Below are positions 33,794 through 48,207 of a stretch of DNA of 64,000 bases, piece by piece (positions within the stretch are counted from its first letter, which is position 1; every line of letters starts with the position of its first letter). Position numbers and translations under genes: made by a program. The DNA lies in assembly GCA_951406725.2 (NCBI GenBank), contig OX597817.1:52390001-52454000 (forward strand), written 5' to 3'. A model generated the notes under the pieces. The model had not been told where the DNA came from and did no database searches. It saw only the letters and a program-made list of their open reading frames with translations. This stretch comes from Octopus vulgaris. Lineage: Eukaryota.

Positions 33794-34711
33794 GCTGCTT
33801 GGGAATTTCATCAAGCTGTGACTTCTGAAGTTCCAACTTAACGAAATCTCTAAAATTTACATATCAACAGGAAAAATTTATAATTCTTTTAGAAAATAGT
33901 TCATATTTTATAAAAATATATACATTTTCCAGGCAATTTTTCTTGGATTATTGCAAAATTGCATTTTCTAAAACAGATTCTGGCCAATTGGGAATTCCAC
34001 TTGATTTTTCTTTTGTGTTTGACTATCTATCACCTAAGTAAAGATTTTTTTTTGTTTTAATTATTGTCATCAGGTTTCCATTGACACTCAGCATTATAGT
34101 TGCTTTCCTATATCACACTTCTAATTAGACATTAATCATGATCGATTACTCCTCCACTGTGTTTATCACTCACTACATTTCCTTCTGTCTCCATTCCTCA
34201 TCCTTCTGCCACTCTTCTTTCACGCACCCATGAACTTATGTACCCACCTATGCCACTTGTATTCGCTTTCCTATAAAATGGGGGATGGGTGTGCCTTCAC
34301 ATTTCTTTACCATCTTCTTTCTTTTCCAACTGGGGTAACCATACATCTCTTTGACAGCTATACACCTGTTCCTCTATCGTACTTTAACCTCTCATCACCT
34401 GGTATAAAGCTACCTTCCCCACTCAGCTGAGGGGCTTTTGCATTGCACATTACTTGGTGACCTCATTAGTGTTGGTGCCACATAGAAAGCACCCAGTACA
34501 TTCCCTAAAGTAGTTGGCATCCAGTCACAGAAACCATGCCAAACTGGAGTTTTGGTGCATGCAGTGCTCTGGCTCATTGGCTCCATTTGAACTATCCAAT
34601 CCATGACAGCATGGAAAACATGACATGAAGTGATGATGGTAATACATGACATAGTGTATGAAATAATACAGTTTATGTATGTAAACATATCAGCTACTGG
34701 GAAAGACTGAA

Positions 34712-35190
34712 AGTATTAAAAGTCTTCTACCTGGAGCGAAGGTGGGAGAGATATGCAGTGATATACATCTGGAAAATCCTGGAGGGTCTTGTCCCGAATT
34801 TTGGCAGTCAAAGTTAGCCCAACAGCAGAACAGGGCACCACTGCATGGTGCCAAAGATCCCAACATCACCATCAAAATACAGGACCAGATACTGCAACAG
34901 CTTGGCTTTCAGGGGACCACAGCTCTTCAATATTCTTCCTAAATGCCTGAGATACTTGCATGGTGTGGATGTGGGTTTCTTTAAAACTAAACTGGATCTC
35001 TTCTTGTCAGGGGTTCCAGTTGAACCTACCTCTCGGCAGGAAACACAGATGCGGGCAGCGGCGTCGAACTCCCTTGTTGATCAAGTGCCACGTATCAGAG
35101 GTGGTTTCACATACTAGTGTAGCTCATTCACTGGTGGTGCCCCAGCATGGCTGTAGCCTTCGGGCTGAAACATTTTTAAGGATTTAAGGA
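34712..35190 (+). mobile_element. 5'-truncated CR1-group LINE 3' end
   Basis: LERRWERYAVIYIWKILEGL and SLAFRGPQLFNILPKCLR...FKTKLDLFL. Confidence 0.8.
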
Positions 35191-37199
35191 TAGTGTGTCT
35201 TGTGAATGTTGGTTTTGGTTAAAGCTGAAGTTAACAAGAGCACATGACCAGCAGCTGCAATGGTGTTGTTGAGTTTTTAAAACTCTGCTTTCAAACCCAT
35301 TAGAACTGTCAGAGGGCTTCTTATTTGGTCATAAACTCTTTATGGACATTGTCACTGCGTATTATTATACAAGGCGGCAAGCTGGCAGAATTGTTAGCAT
35401 GCCAGGTGAAAGGCTTAGAGGTATTTTGTCTGTCATGTTCTGTGTTCAAATTCAGCCGAGGTTGACTTTGCCTTTCATCCTTTTGAGGTTGATAAATTAA
35501 GTACCAGTGAAACACTGGGGTTGATGTAATCAACTTGTCCCCTCCCCAAAATTTAGGCCTTGTGCATTTAGTAGAAAGGATTATTATTATATTAAGGCAG
35601 TAGATTGCTATCATCATTAGAGTATTGGAAAAAAAAAAATTACTTTGTTCCAACTCTTTGTTTTGAGTTCAAACCTCACCAAGAACAACTTTGCTTTTTA
35701 TCCTTTCAGGATTGATAAAATAAAGTATGAGTGAAGTATTGGGGTTGATGTAATTGATATATCCTGTTCCCTTAAAATTACCAGTATTGTGCCAAGATTA
35801 GAATTATTAAGATGAGATGCTTGCAGAAATGTTGGCAAGTCAGACAAATTGCTTTACATTCCGAGATCAAATTTCACCGGGGTCAACATTGCTTTTTCAT
35901 ACTATCGGGATCAATAAAATAAAGTACCAGTTACGTACTGGGATTAATGTAATTGACTACCCCCCCACCCTTAAACTTGCTGGTTTTTGTATCAAATTGG
36001 AAACAAAATTGGAAAATTAACATTAGAGGAGAGAGTAAGAGAGTAGTTGTGTTTGACAAAATATCTTGTTAAAACCTTCGGTGTCTTGGTTCAAATCCTG
36101 ATGGGGATTGATTTTCTTTTTTAGCATTCTTGAGTCAAAAATGCATCTATTGAATCAACTGTTCCTATTCCAAGGTTTTTTTCTAAGTTTATGCCAAATT
36201 TAGAAATTCTTGTATTTAGGGCAATGAATTGACAGAAATGGTTAAAGGAGTACATGGTTGGTACAATGTCTGATAGATTCAACCATACTGGATTGCTGTT
36301 GTTTCTAGCATAAACTTTGTGTCTATGCTAGAAATAATTATTATTGAGTCACTTTTCGCCATTGTTAGTTTGAAAAGTTCCTAGTCACAGATATGGTTCA
36401 ATAGATTGACCTATAAAAAAGGTCTCACTTTTTAGTTCACAAGGTTCTTCAGAAACTCTATCATCACACCTTAGTCCTCTCAAAACCAATACCATTTCCA
36501 TTAAGTAGAACTTTCTATCTATTTCTCTCTCATATTTACATTTTGTTTATTTTTATAAGTGCCTTGAAAACCCATAACAAACTTCCCTATGTTGTGAATC
36601 TACTTTTGAAGGGGCTTCTTTTTCTGCTTTCTCCTTGAGAAAATATTTATTAACCCTGATGATGCATTTTCACCAACCCCTGCTTTCTTTTCCACCTGGG
36701 GTTACCATGTATCTCTCCCACAAGACACCTGTTTCTGTTCCTCTATCATTCTTGAACCTTACATCACCTGGCATCAAGCTATCCTTTTTCTCAGTTGAGG
36801 GAATTTGTCTTGTGAGTCACTGGCAACCTCATTGGTGTTGGTGCCAGGTAAGAAGTACCCAGTACATATAGTAAAATGGTTGGCATCAGGAAGGGCATTC
36901 ATGTAAAAAATCATGCCAAACCAGACACTTTAGCTTACCATGGTTCTCGGGCTTGGTCACTCCTGTCAAACCATCCAACCCATGTAAGCATGGAAAATGG
37001 GCATTAAATGATGATGCTCAGTACATTTGTATTTAGAGAGAGATAGCGTCTCATAAGGCGAGGTTTCTATATATGTTAAATTTGCAGAAGAATTTGTGGC
37101 ATGGGCGATTTAGCTTAATGGTTCAGAGCACTGCGACGCGTAATCACGGAGGTGTGAGTTGGAGTCTCATAGCCAGCCGCCAACAATTTTTTCTGCAAA

Positions 37200-39660
37200 A
37201 TAGGGGTAGCTTATCCTGTTCAGAGATGGGTGAAGGTAGGAAGAGAAGTTAAGGTCACTTTTTAACAAAATTGCTGGGAGACAATACTTCCTGCTCATCC
37301 TCACTTTCCTTTTTAAGGGAAACTTGAAAAAGTTGGTGAAGTATTGGCCAAAGAATGCCAGAGTGAAACTTCCATCAACTGCATTGCCTGACTGACAGAG
37401 GACTGTGAGTGCCTGGTGACACTCTGGGTACCAGGTGCCCTTCCTTGGGCTGTGATTGACCCAGGACTGCAGTTCAGACAAAGAGACGAGTTGTGCAAAA
37501 TCCTGTCTGACAAATGGCGATCACATCTGTTCACCATCAGGGAAGCGCTGGAGATGTAACCTCAGTATCTGTCTTCAGCTCTTTCAGTTTGGTGCACCAT
37601 ACAACCCCTTTTGCTAAGGCTAAGAAAAACTGTCTGCTTTTCTTGGCCAAAGAAAGGTGCTGGGATGAATTTCACAATGGACTCAGTTGATAGCCAGATC
37701 TCTTCTACATGTGACAGCTGTTCAGCATAAACCCACAAATCAGCAATGTTCAGGCCCATAGTTTATCCTGAACTGGCAATGATCCCTGGTAGCATTGCCA
37801 CTCCAAGGATTTCTGGAAATTATTCATAGGCCCAGGTCTGAAAGCCCTCTGGAACAGACCAGTCAACTCATTCTCATCAATACCCAGAGTCTCCCTGAGA
37901 ATGTTGCACTTGCCTGCTACTAACCCTCTATTGAATGCCATAGCAAAACTTCCATCAACTGCATTGCTTGACTGACAGAGGACTGTGAGTGCCTGGTGAC
38001 ACTCTGGGTAACAGGTGCCCTTCCTCAGGCTGCACTTGACCCAGGACTGCAGTTCAGACAAAGAGATGAGCTGTGAAAAATCCTGACAAATGGCGACCAT
38101 ATCTGCTCTCCATCAGGGAAGCACTGGGGATGTAACCTCAGTGTATGTCTGCTCATCAGCAACTATAGCATGCCCATCCCTCCATTCAATGGATGTTGAC
38201 AGCAAATGGAAAGCCTGACTAATGGAATGCTTCCTTTCCACAGAAAGCAGAAGAGTCTGTGCTCCAGCTTGGTAGTAATATGTAACAATAATCTATAACA
38301 GAAGTGAATGTAAGCATTTGCCACTTCTGCTTGACTTGTTATGGATAGCTTTCTTTCTGCCCATTTGTGGGTGAGGTTGACTCCTTTGCCAATCACCTCA
38401 TCCCAGTTCTACTCCACCTAGGGATCCAGACCAAATCAGACCCCTAGCAATCATGGATAGCTTTCTCTCAGCCCATTTGTGGGTGAGATTGACTCCTTTG
38501 CTCATCACCTCATCCCAGTTCTACTCCACCTGGGAATCCAGACCAAACCAGACCCCTAGCAATTTAACTGGTCCCTCTGTCAAGCATCCAACGATATTAT
38601 TGGATGGCAGGGACCTGCTGCTCCACTGATTTCTCTGAATTAATTTTTGCTCCTGTCACTGCCTTGTGTTTTTTTTAAGGCAGTGCTGACCAGGTCTATG
38701 AGCCTGGTTTTCAACACTATGATGGTGATGTCATCTGTATATACTCAGTTCTCACGTTTTGTAGTTTGTGTGGGATGCCTCTTAACACCTCCAATTTCTG
38801 CAATAGTGGCTCTAGAGCCAATACATACAAAAGAGATAAGAGGATACACCCTTGATTGACGGAGCACCTGATGCTGAATGGTGTCCGATAGGTAACCACT
38901 CACCCAAACTAGGAAGCAGATAGCGCTGTACATTGCAGTGATCCAGCCATAGAAACTGGACCTGAAACTGGCTACCTTGAGAACAGCCACCAAATATAGG
39001 TGGTTGACCCTATCGAAAGCTTTAGATTGATCCAAATTGATCAAGGCCCCACCTATGCAGGTCTCTTTGCCCACTCTGTCTATGATGTATCACATGAAGT
39101 GCAATTTGTGGATGGATCTGCTTGGGATTGTGCACATTTATGCATCACCGAATTGTTTCTTGATGACAAGCGTCAACCTCTTTCATAACACCTTGGCCAA
39201 AATTTTGTAATCTGTATTCAGCAGCATTATGGGCCCAAAGTTTTCTATTTGATACCCCTTGTTTAGGTCCTTTCTCAGCAGTGCTACCACTCCTCAACTC
39301 ACAGAACTAGGAATTCTCCCATTCTGCTGCCAGTTTCAGTAAATATCTGCTAAAGGGCCACCAAATAAGTCTTGCATATAAAATAAAACTCATAGAGTAG
39401 CCCATCAAAAGTGATTTGCTGCCCTTCCCTCATGAAACCCATCATCATATCCTGTATTTCCATGGCTGTGATCAGCATTTTGCAATTCTCGTGTCTGCCA
39501 AAAAAGGGCATGAAAGCTTGTCAGTTGGGGAATCTGGTTTCACTGATAGTCACCACACATAAAACTTAGTGACCTGAGGTCATTGCGTAGGTAGTCCTGT
39601 TTCCAAGGCAACCCCAGACCACTTGCACTAACACTATTCTGAGAGCAAAGCCATGCATGT
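37200..39660 (-). mobile_element. Degraded L1/Tx1-clade LINE with internal duplications
   Basis: GGALINLDQSKAFDRVNH RT motif, SVNQGC.LS.LLYVLALEPLL, ICCQHPLNGGMGM; multiple frameshifts. Confidence 0.8.
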
Positions 39661-39989
39661 CAGGGAGAAGGAGAATGAAGTGAATCACCGTATTTTTTGT
39701 GTAGAGAGGGATGTTCTGTCCGTCTGGCTATTTCTGGGTGTCAATACAGGCATTTCTTTGTAGAGCCTTTTATTTACAATCCCTTAGACATCTGTTCCTT
39801 TGGGATATTTCACTCTCAGCTTGTTGCTTTGTTTAGGAGTGTCATGTGGGGGTAAGATGTATTCATTTAGAGTGATGTCTGTGTAATCTTAACCGTGTTT
39901 TAAGTTATTGTTGTTTGTATCAATGGCTGTGTAATTAGTGATATGTTGTTGGTTTGGATTGCTGAGTTTTCATTTGTAGTGTTGGAGAT

Positions 39990-41680
39990 ATTTGTGATTG
40001 CATTGGTGTGTGGGTATGTGGTGGTTTCAACTGATCCAAATTGATCAGGGCCCCACCCATGCCAGTTTCCTTACCCACCCTCTCTATGATGTAGTGCATG
40101 AGATAGAGTTTGTTGTAGATAGTTCTGTATAGGATACCACACACCTGTGTGTTACCAACCAACTTATTGATGACAAACACCAACCTCTTGGCCAAAATCT
40201 TATCTTCATTTAGCAGTTATAGGCATGAAATTTGTCTCCCCTGTTCAGGTCTTTCCTCAACAGCACCACCACTCCATGGCTCACAACACTGGGAACTCTC
40301 CCGTTCTGCTGCCAAGAGACTGCTGAACAAGTCTGGCATATGAAAATAAAGCTCAAAGTGCAGACCGTCCTGCCCCGGAGACTTCTTTCTTGTGCAGGCT
40401 TTCATCACATCCCTTATATCTTTGGCTGTTATCAGCATTTTGCAGAACTCCACATCCCTGGCTGAGAGGCGCAGCATCCCAGAACCACCGTGCACCCCAT
40501 ACACTTAGGTGAAGTACCTCTGAAATTTTGCACACATTTGCTTGGACACAGTTATCATGTGCCCATCACAGCCCACCAAGACACAGTGCCTCTGTTGCCT
40601 GGGCCCATTGAATGGTATTTGTCCCCTCCCATCTCAGTGCATGTGCTCTAGCTCTGACAACACAACCTTTGTTCTTGGCATTGAAGAATTGATCAAGAGC
40701 CAGTCTCACCACAAACACATCAGTCGCTATGCCTTTCCTAAGCACCTCTTCTAGCTTCCTAACTAGGTCTCCCTCTATTTTAGATTCCTCTAACACTATT
40801 TCCTTATTAAAACCTACCACCTCTACTCTAATAACCCTTTTCAGGGCTATCCACCAACAGCTATTAATGATTGCACCCGCCAACTCTTGATGGACTCACT
40901 TGCTAATCTGGTCTCTGAAAGCTTGGCATGCCGGGAAGGATATATTCAGCTTCCAGTATCTGGGGCCCTGTCTATGGATCCTATCTATGTCGACCTTACA
41001 GATCACAAATTCATGGTCCATGTAGCCAATGACTTTGAAATGTGGATAACTTATACTACTTTTATGTACAGGCTTACAAAATACTCTATCTAGATATGAT
41101 CTGGAAGGCACAATGCAGTTCGCCCATGTCCACATTGGCACATTTGGGAAATCCAGTCAACACCTGTCGGCCAACTGGAAGCGACTGAGCAGTGTTCTGA
41201 GGCTTTTATTCCCCCCTCTCCTATCAGATAGCCCCACTCTATCCAGATGTGCATCCAAGATGGCGTTCCAGTTACCCACTAACAATAAAGAACATGACAT
41301 TTCAGGGAATATTTTCAAATGTCTGAAAAAATCTGGCTGCCCTGCCTCCATGGGGATGTAAACAACTAATCTTACATCCTGGCCTACTAACGTACCCTTC
41401 GGCTCTAGGAAGATCATCTGAACTTCGAGATCTAGGCCTTTGCTAAACAGCACTGCCACCCTGCCTCCCATTCTGAGCTAAGAATGTGTAGATCTCATAA
41501 TCATTGAAAATGAGTGCAAGATCGCATGTGTCAGAAATCCTGGTCTCACTGGCTGCTATCACATCCAAACCTAGCGACCTGAGGTCATTGAGCAAGTGAC
41601 CTTAGGTCATTGAGACCTTGCTTCCAGACTGACCTCAGGCTGCAAATATTTATGCATCTCACTCTGACAATTTCCATGAT
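39990..41680 (-). mobile_element. Degraded L1/Tx1-clade LINE (APE endonuclease to start of RT)
   Basis: LLLVGNWNAILDAHLDR, SYLDRV..DH (APE), GPRYWKLN, KSPGQDGL..ELY. Confidence 0.8.
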
Positions 41681-42531
41681 GGCTTGAAAGGGTTGAGCAA
41701 AAGAAAAGAAAAAAAAAGGCAGGGTTACTTATCCTCTTGGTGTTGTTGGCAGCCCAGTGACCTGGGCTCCAGATCCTGTTTCCTCTGGGAAATTGGCTAA
41801 AAGACTCTTGGTGGTGCAGATGTTTGGCCTTCTCACATCATGTGGGAAGTCCTTCTGAATTTCTTTGAATACTTTGAGGGGTAACTGTATTAACATAAGG
41901 TGATCTGGAACCCTAAGGGTGCTGTTGTGATAGATTGCACCCTCTTTCTCAATTTGCTTGTTTCTGATTATGAGAGTCAACAAATTTTTGTTGGCTCTCC
42001 TCATGAGCACATAATTCAGTCTGTCTCACACAACTTTCTCTCTGTCTCACACAGCTTTCTCTGTCTCATGCAGCTTTCTCTCTGTCTCTCTCACGGGGCT
42101 CTCTCTCTCTCTCACAGGGGTCTCTCTCACATAGCTCTCTCTCTCTCACTCACACATACCCATAGAGAGAGAGAGCTAGCTATGTGAGAGATAATGTATG
42201 AAACATTAAAATGTTTGGTTTCGCATAAAAAGCACCCAGTATATTCTATGTACTGGGTGCTTTTAGGAAGGGCATCCTGCTGTAGGAACCATGCCAGAAC
42301 AGATAATTGAGCTTGGTGCAGCTCCCTGGCTGTCAAACCATTCCACCCATGCCAGCATGGAAAACAAACGTTAAATGATAATGATGATCTCTGTATGGGG
42401 TTGTGGCTAAAAGAGCAAAAAAAAAAAAAGAAAAAAAAAAGAGATCAAACTTTATTTTAAGACTTGGAAGTTGGCTATGAGGATTGAACTTGAAATTCTG
42501 GCTGTTACCACCTACAACAAGCTGATATATT

Positions 42532-44101
42532 CACTGGTGTGCAAAAGTCTTAGGCAGTTCATAGTTTCTTTATTTTAACCAATATTGAAATGACAAAATA
42601 ATTTACAAATAACTTCAGAAATGCAAATTAGTATTTAATAGTTACAGAAAATTCAAAATTCCCTTGGCAAAACATGAATTTTATTTTAAAGCTAATAATA
42701 TGTATGTTTGCCTTTATTCTTTAAAACAGCCTGGATTCTTTTCAGAATGCTGTTTTGCAATTTTTGCACATAATCTTGTGGAATATTGTTCCAAGCATCA
42801 TAGATTACTGTCCACAGTTCTTTTGATTTTGGCTGTTTTTCACTTTTTCTGTGATCTAAATAATCCCATAATAATTCAATGATGTTCGTGTCAGGATTTG
42901 GGGGGAGCCGTTCCATGAGTTCGATTTATTTCCTTTGTAAATAATTTCTTACTACATTTGCTGTGTGCTTGGGGTCATTATCTTGCTGAAAAGTGAACCG
43001 ATTCCTTATGAGCCCCTTTCCAGAGAAGATAGTATAATGAATTAGAATCTGCCTAAATTTTTCAGCATTCATATTTCCCTCAATTCGGACCAAATCTCCA
43101 ATTTCGTTGGTTGACAAGCAGCCCCAAACATTTGTGGAACCTTCACCATGCTTAAGGGTTGGTCTTAGGCAGATTTCCTTCAAATGTTCTCCATTCCTGC
43201 GCCTTTCATATTGCCTTTGTTTGGTACTAGAAATTTCAAATTTAGACTCATTAGTCCAAAGTACATTTTTCCATTAGTGAGGTGTCCAGTTTTTTGTTCT
43301 CTAGCAAATATGAGTCTCTGAGCCTTCTTGCTTTTCCTAAGTAATGCTTTAGCTCTTGCTACTCTCCCATGAAGTTTATTTTTGATGAGGGTTCTTACTG
43401 TTGAAGGATGAAATTGTGTACCTGAAGTTTGAGCTAGATCTTGGGAGAATTCTTTGCTAGAGTTGTGCCTATCCCTAAGGGATGATAGCCTTAAATATCT
43501 GCAGTCACTTTTTGAGAGTTTGGAAAGTCTTCCAGTTCTTGGTTTGTCTGCAACATCTCCAGTTTCTTTATTCTTCATTATAATCTGTTGAATTGCACAT
43601 AGAGATACCCCAGTTCTTCTTGAAATTTCTGCCTGAGAATTACCTTGCTCATAAAGAAATGTCACCTTATGTCTATTTTCTTGTGAAATTTTAGGCATTT
43701 TAAGAATATTATTCAGAAATTACTGAAATATCTAAAAAAAAAAAAACATCAAAATATTAGTAAAGTTACAAATGCATTTAATCTAAAGATATGAACATGA
43801 AAATAGTGATTGCTTTTTGGCATAAAGATGTTTAAAACTGATGTTAAAATGTTTTCATGCTGTTTTATTATATCATTTAAGTGATTTTAATGAAATGAAA
43901 CAATGTTTTAATTGGTTCATAATTTGGTTCAAGTTTTAACAAATACTGGAAACTAACTTTTTTTTTTTTCAGAAATTCTGGGAATTTTTAATGAATGTTG
44001 AAATTAGTAAAATATTTAAAAAATGGATATTTTAGCATTAAGTTCCAATTATCAAATTTCAAAGAAAAGATGGAACTGCCTAAGACTTTTTCACATCAGT
44101 G
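42532..44101 (-). mobile_element. Full-length Tc1-like DNA transposon with a frameshifted transposase (43698-42692)
   Basis: 29-bp TIRs cactggtgtgcaaaagtcttaggcagttc / gaactgcctaagactttttcacatcagtg-TA (2 mismatches); HTH with RTGR, KHGEGS..VWGC, FQQDNDPKHTA, PDTNIIE. Confidence 0.92.
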
Positions 44102-46279
44102 TATATACATACATAAATTAAACATATCATACTGTGTTCAGTTGATTCACAAAGGTATTTAGCACAGAGAAGTTGTGAACAAGGTGGGTTACAAATGGAA
44201 GAATTGTTGTTTATGAGATGTATGATAGATATTCAATTCTTCTAGAGAAATGTTTCGGTTGGGGTTCTCTGACAGTTTGTCTCATTTCAAAGGAATCTTA
44301 ATTAAAAAATAGTCATAAACAGTTTGTAACAGAAGAGAAGTTGCTGTGATTATTTGTGCTTTAAAAATGCATAGAAGTTGCCACACCTGATATCAAACTT
44401 CATCAGAGTTACCTGTAATATGAAATATAGTATTTACTTCAGATCCAGCACACGTTGATGATCTGTTCATTCTTGATGCCAAAATAGATGTGTTCTTGCA
44501 TCTTGGTTAAGATATAGAGAGGCTTTTGGAAAACTGTAGTTGAGATAGCATGTGATAATAGAATAAAAATAACCAAAATTCTAAGGCACACTCACATATC
44601 TTGTAACTTGCTCTCTCTAAGCTACATTGATCCATTTTGAGACCCACATATCTGATAAGGATATTGTTCACACATATACAAATGGCAAATCAAAAACGAA
44701 ATCAAGTACAAAAAGAAAACAGCAAAAGTCCAATGGTCAACCACATTTAATATTATTAGGTTGACACTCTTTCTTATATGAGAAAGAGGACTATTCTGCT
44801 TGTGACACACGTATATAAAATCTGTCTTCAGTGATGACCCAACACTTTGGAGAGTTTTAAAACTTTGTTCATTGATACAGAGAGAACACATAATATTGCC
44901 AAAATTTATATATTACAATTTGTATTTTACATTTTGCAAAAGTTTTATATTTTTTAAAGAAAAAAAAAAGAAACTAATTTGAAACATAAAAAAAAAACTG
45001 CAATAGAAATAAATAATAATAATAATATTGCCTTTCATGTGTCAATCTCTTCTGGTGTTGGAAATGTGTGTATTTGTGTGTGTATTATATATTGATTATT
45101 TCATTTTTATTTTACTTTTTTGTATTTTTTAATTTAACTTGCTTTCTTGCAATGTTCAGTTATTGACTAATTGATCTTAAGCAAGGAGGATCTCTATTGG
45201 TACCTTACCACTTTCAATATTGGTATCTCCTGTCATTAATCACTACTACCTCTGCATATATGTCCCAGAGTTCTAGTTTTGCTGAAAGCCTTTGTTAGTA
45301 GGTTCCTTCCTCTGTATTTCATTGTTCCAATGCGTGAACTGTTAATCTCTGACTTAGTGACTGTATTGTCTAGCTAATGTAGTTGAATACTGTCTTATAA
45401 AGTTATGTTGTTTTGTTGTTTGTATCCTCACAAAGTTGATAGTTTCAATCAGCTTCATCAGAAAATCACAATTTCTGCTAACTGACAAACAGGCTCAATG
45501 TGTAGCATATACAGGTTTGGGTTAAACTTCAATATTTTTGCTGTGCATATTCTGTCTTTCTGATGTGACAGATACAGGGACTTGAACATATCATGCTTAT
45601 TTTAACTCTTTAGTGTTCAGATTACTCTGTTAAATGTAATACTTTTTCTCTTAAATTGTTTTGAATTAATCATGCATTATCTTCTAGTTTTGAAGTTTCA
45701 ATGATGTGGTTGTTTATTTTCAGAATGTCAATGTAGGTTAGGTGTGAGGGGCTAGATATCACCAGTTTGAATATAAAACATGTAGAATATCTGGGCCAGA
45801 TATGCCCGGTTTAAATGCTAAGGGGTTTAAGGTAGTAAAAAGTTGATTGGTACAAATTTGGCTGTTATATTGAGCTGTACAAGTGATGATGTAATAGATT
45901 TCTTTATTAAGCCATGAAGGGCCAAACACAGAGGGGACAATACAATGTAGAATTTTTCTTTTCAAAACTGATCAATAGGGATCGAAAACATTTTGTGATG
46001 TGTACACAAAGGATAATAATGTATCATTTTAACAACTGAAATTCCCAAAAGGGGAAGAAAATAAAACACTGACTAGGGTTATCCATGGAAAGAAAAACCT
46101 ATGAAGAATACCACAGTAACCTTGGAAAAAACCATGAAAGCAAAGTGCCTTATCTCTTTTTGTTCTATAGGTTTGTGCTCAAAGTGTGTCCATCATTTAT
46201 GCGAACCATCCTTGCTACATTCAACCACTTTTTATTAAAATTTTCATTAGACAAAACTTCCCTCTCTACTCTTTATTAT

Positions 46280-48207
46280 CTGAATTCAGCCCGAATCCCA
46301 ACCTGGTCAGAAAGTACGCCCAGCCCTTATACCTGACGAGCTGGTACTTCCATAATTTCTCAGCCACATGCACCTGTAGGTATGCCGACTTCAAATCAAC
46401 AATCGTGGAGGCCCCCGTCATCTGCCTCCACTCTCGCAAGGTGTCTCCGCAGACATCCGTGGCCTCGCCGCCTGTATGACACGATATGTGGTCATTCAGC
46501 TCTCGGAAGTCAATCACAGGCCTGACCTTATGCTTTGTGGGCTGTATCACCGCCATCAGTGGCAGGACTCCGCTCTCTTCTTTTTCCCAAGGGATCAATA
46601 TGCTCTCCTTAATCCACCGCTCCACCTCCCCCTCGAACTCACTTCTGGCATCTCCTTTTAGAGTATGCTGATAGCAGCCCACTTTATTCTTTAACATCGG
46701 GGGCTCTCCCTTCCAATGCCACTCCACTGTCCACCTCTTGCCATCGAAGACAGCCCGAAAATCCTGGTCTTCAATGGTGTGCGCAGCATCCTTTTCCTCA
46801 CGGTTGTCGCCGGTGCATGGTCTCGTACACGGTTTCCCCGCTAACCCAAACGTTACACCAGCCTCATTAACGGTGACACCCCCCAAGCGGGTGATCGCAT
46901 CCATCCCCATCACCACGTCAATCTCGTCCACCAAGTGACCAACCACAATTGCTCGCAACGTCAGCTGTAGTCCCTGCACTACAATCTGCGCATCTGTAAC
47001 CCCTTCGCAGTGTACTTCTCTTCCGTCAACAGCCCTAACACGGCTTCCTCCACTCCATGTCTCTACAACTTCTGTAGTCATCAGGGTCGTTGTACAGCCC
47101 GTGTCCACAAGGGCTCGCGACATCTTCCCCTCCACCAGAATGTCGACGACAGGTAGCGATGATAAGCGCGCCTCTACTGATCCGAAGGGACGACTACCGG
47201 CGCAGTAGTCTCCCGCAGTCCGTTTCCCCACAGACACTCGCTGGCTATATGCCCCGGCTCTCGACACCGGTAGCAAATCACCTCAGGCTTGGGTGACGTG
47301 CAGTCACGCACCATGTGTGGACCTTGTCACCGGAAACACTGTCCTTTGAACGGTTGCACACGTTCTTTCTTCAGCTCCTCTCTGCTGCTCCTAGCTGGGC
47401 CACTTTTCATCATGCTGCACGAAACTAGTACGCGTGCCCAAGATATGATGTCCGCCATCGGCATCGAATGCACGTTCGGGAGCTTCTGTAGCTCGACCGA
47501 CATGTTGTCGGTAAAACCGGTCACGAACGCCAACCTAACCGTCTGTTCCAGCGACTCTCCCTCGTAACCCACCAATTTAGCCAGTCTTCTAAGTCCATTG
47601 GCAAACACGTCCACCTGTTGCCCAGTCCATCTCATTCTACCCAGGCGAGCGTATGCCTCGAACATTCCCTCCGCAAAGGCCTCCATCAACCGGATTTCTA
47701 CTTTCTCCGCGCTAAGTTGGTCCGTCTCCTACATCTCTAAATATAACGCCAACGCTGGGCCATCCAAGTACAGCGACATGAAGCTCGCCAGGTCACCTAT
47801 ACCATGGAGCTTCGCTACCAACTTCACTCTCTTCAACCAAGCGACCACATCTGTGTTGCCGCAAAACGGTGTTATAAGTTCGTGCGAAACCCGAGCACTC
47901 TGCATCATTTTTATTTATAAAACCGATTGTTTATACGCCGAAATAGCTTGTGGTGTGAATGATGAAAGAGGACAACAGAAAAAAGGAGAATGGAAATACA
48001 ATCAGGCCTTACCTCGGCGAAGATTAGTTCAGATCTCTCTCAGCCAGCTCGATACGTCTGGTGCCTTGGTCGTCTCAGCTGCAACTGCTGTTCATCGATC
48101 CCACACGTGCGTCGTCGCTGACCGCTTCCCTCTCCTGCCGCGCATGCGCCCTGCCAAACCCTACTTCCGCCCTCCCCTGTCTGTCATCCTCTCCCACCGA
48201 CACCACA
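46280..48207 (-). mobile_element. 3'-truncated Ty3/Gypsy LTR retrotransposon: 5' LTR (47949-48207), gag, protease, start of RT
   Basis: LTR bounded by TGTGGTGT...ACACCACA; gag with an in-frame stop and a broken CCHC knuckle; ALVDTG protease; VRPVIDFRELND and IVDLKSAYLQ RT motifs; ends at RLGFGLNS. Confidence 0.9.

Noticed and set aside
37370-38560. Internal duplications in the Tx1-like LINE
   Set aside because: Ordinary decay and rearrangement of a dead element.
44150-44900. Unique sequence checked for exons of a second gene (also 27180-27500)
   Set aside because: No recognisable domain or convincing open, splice-bounded frame.
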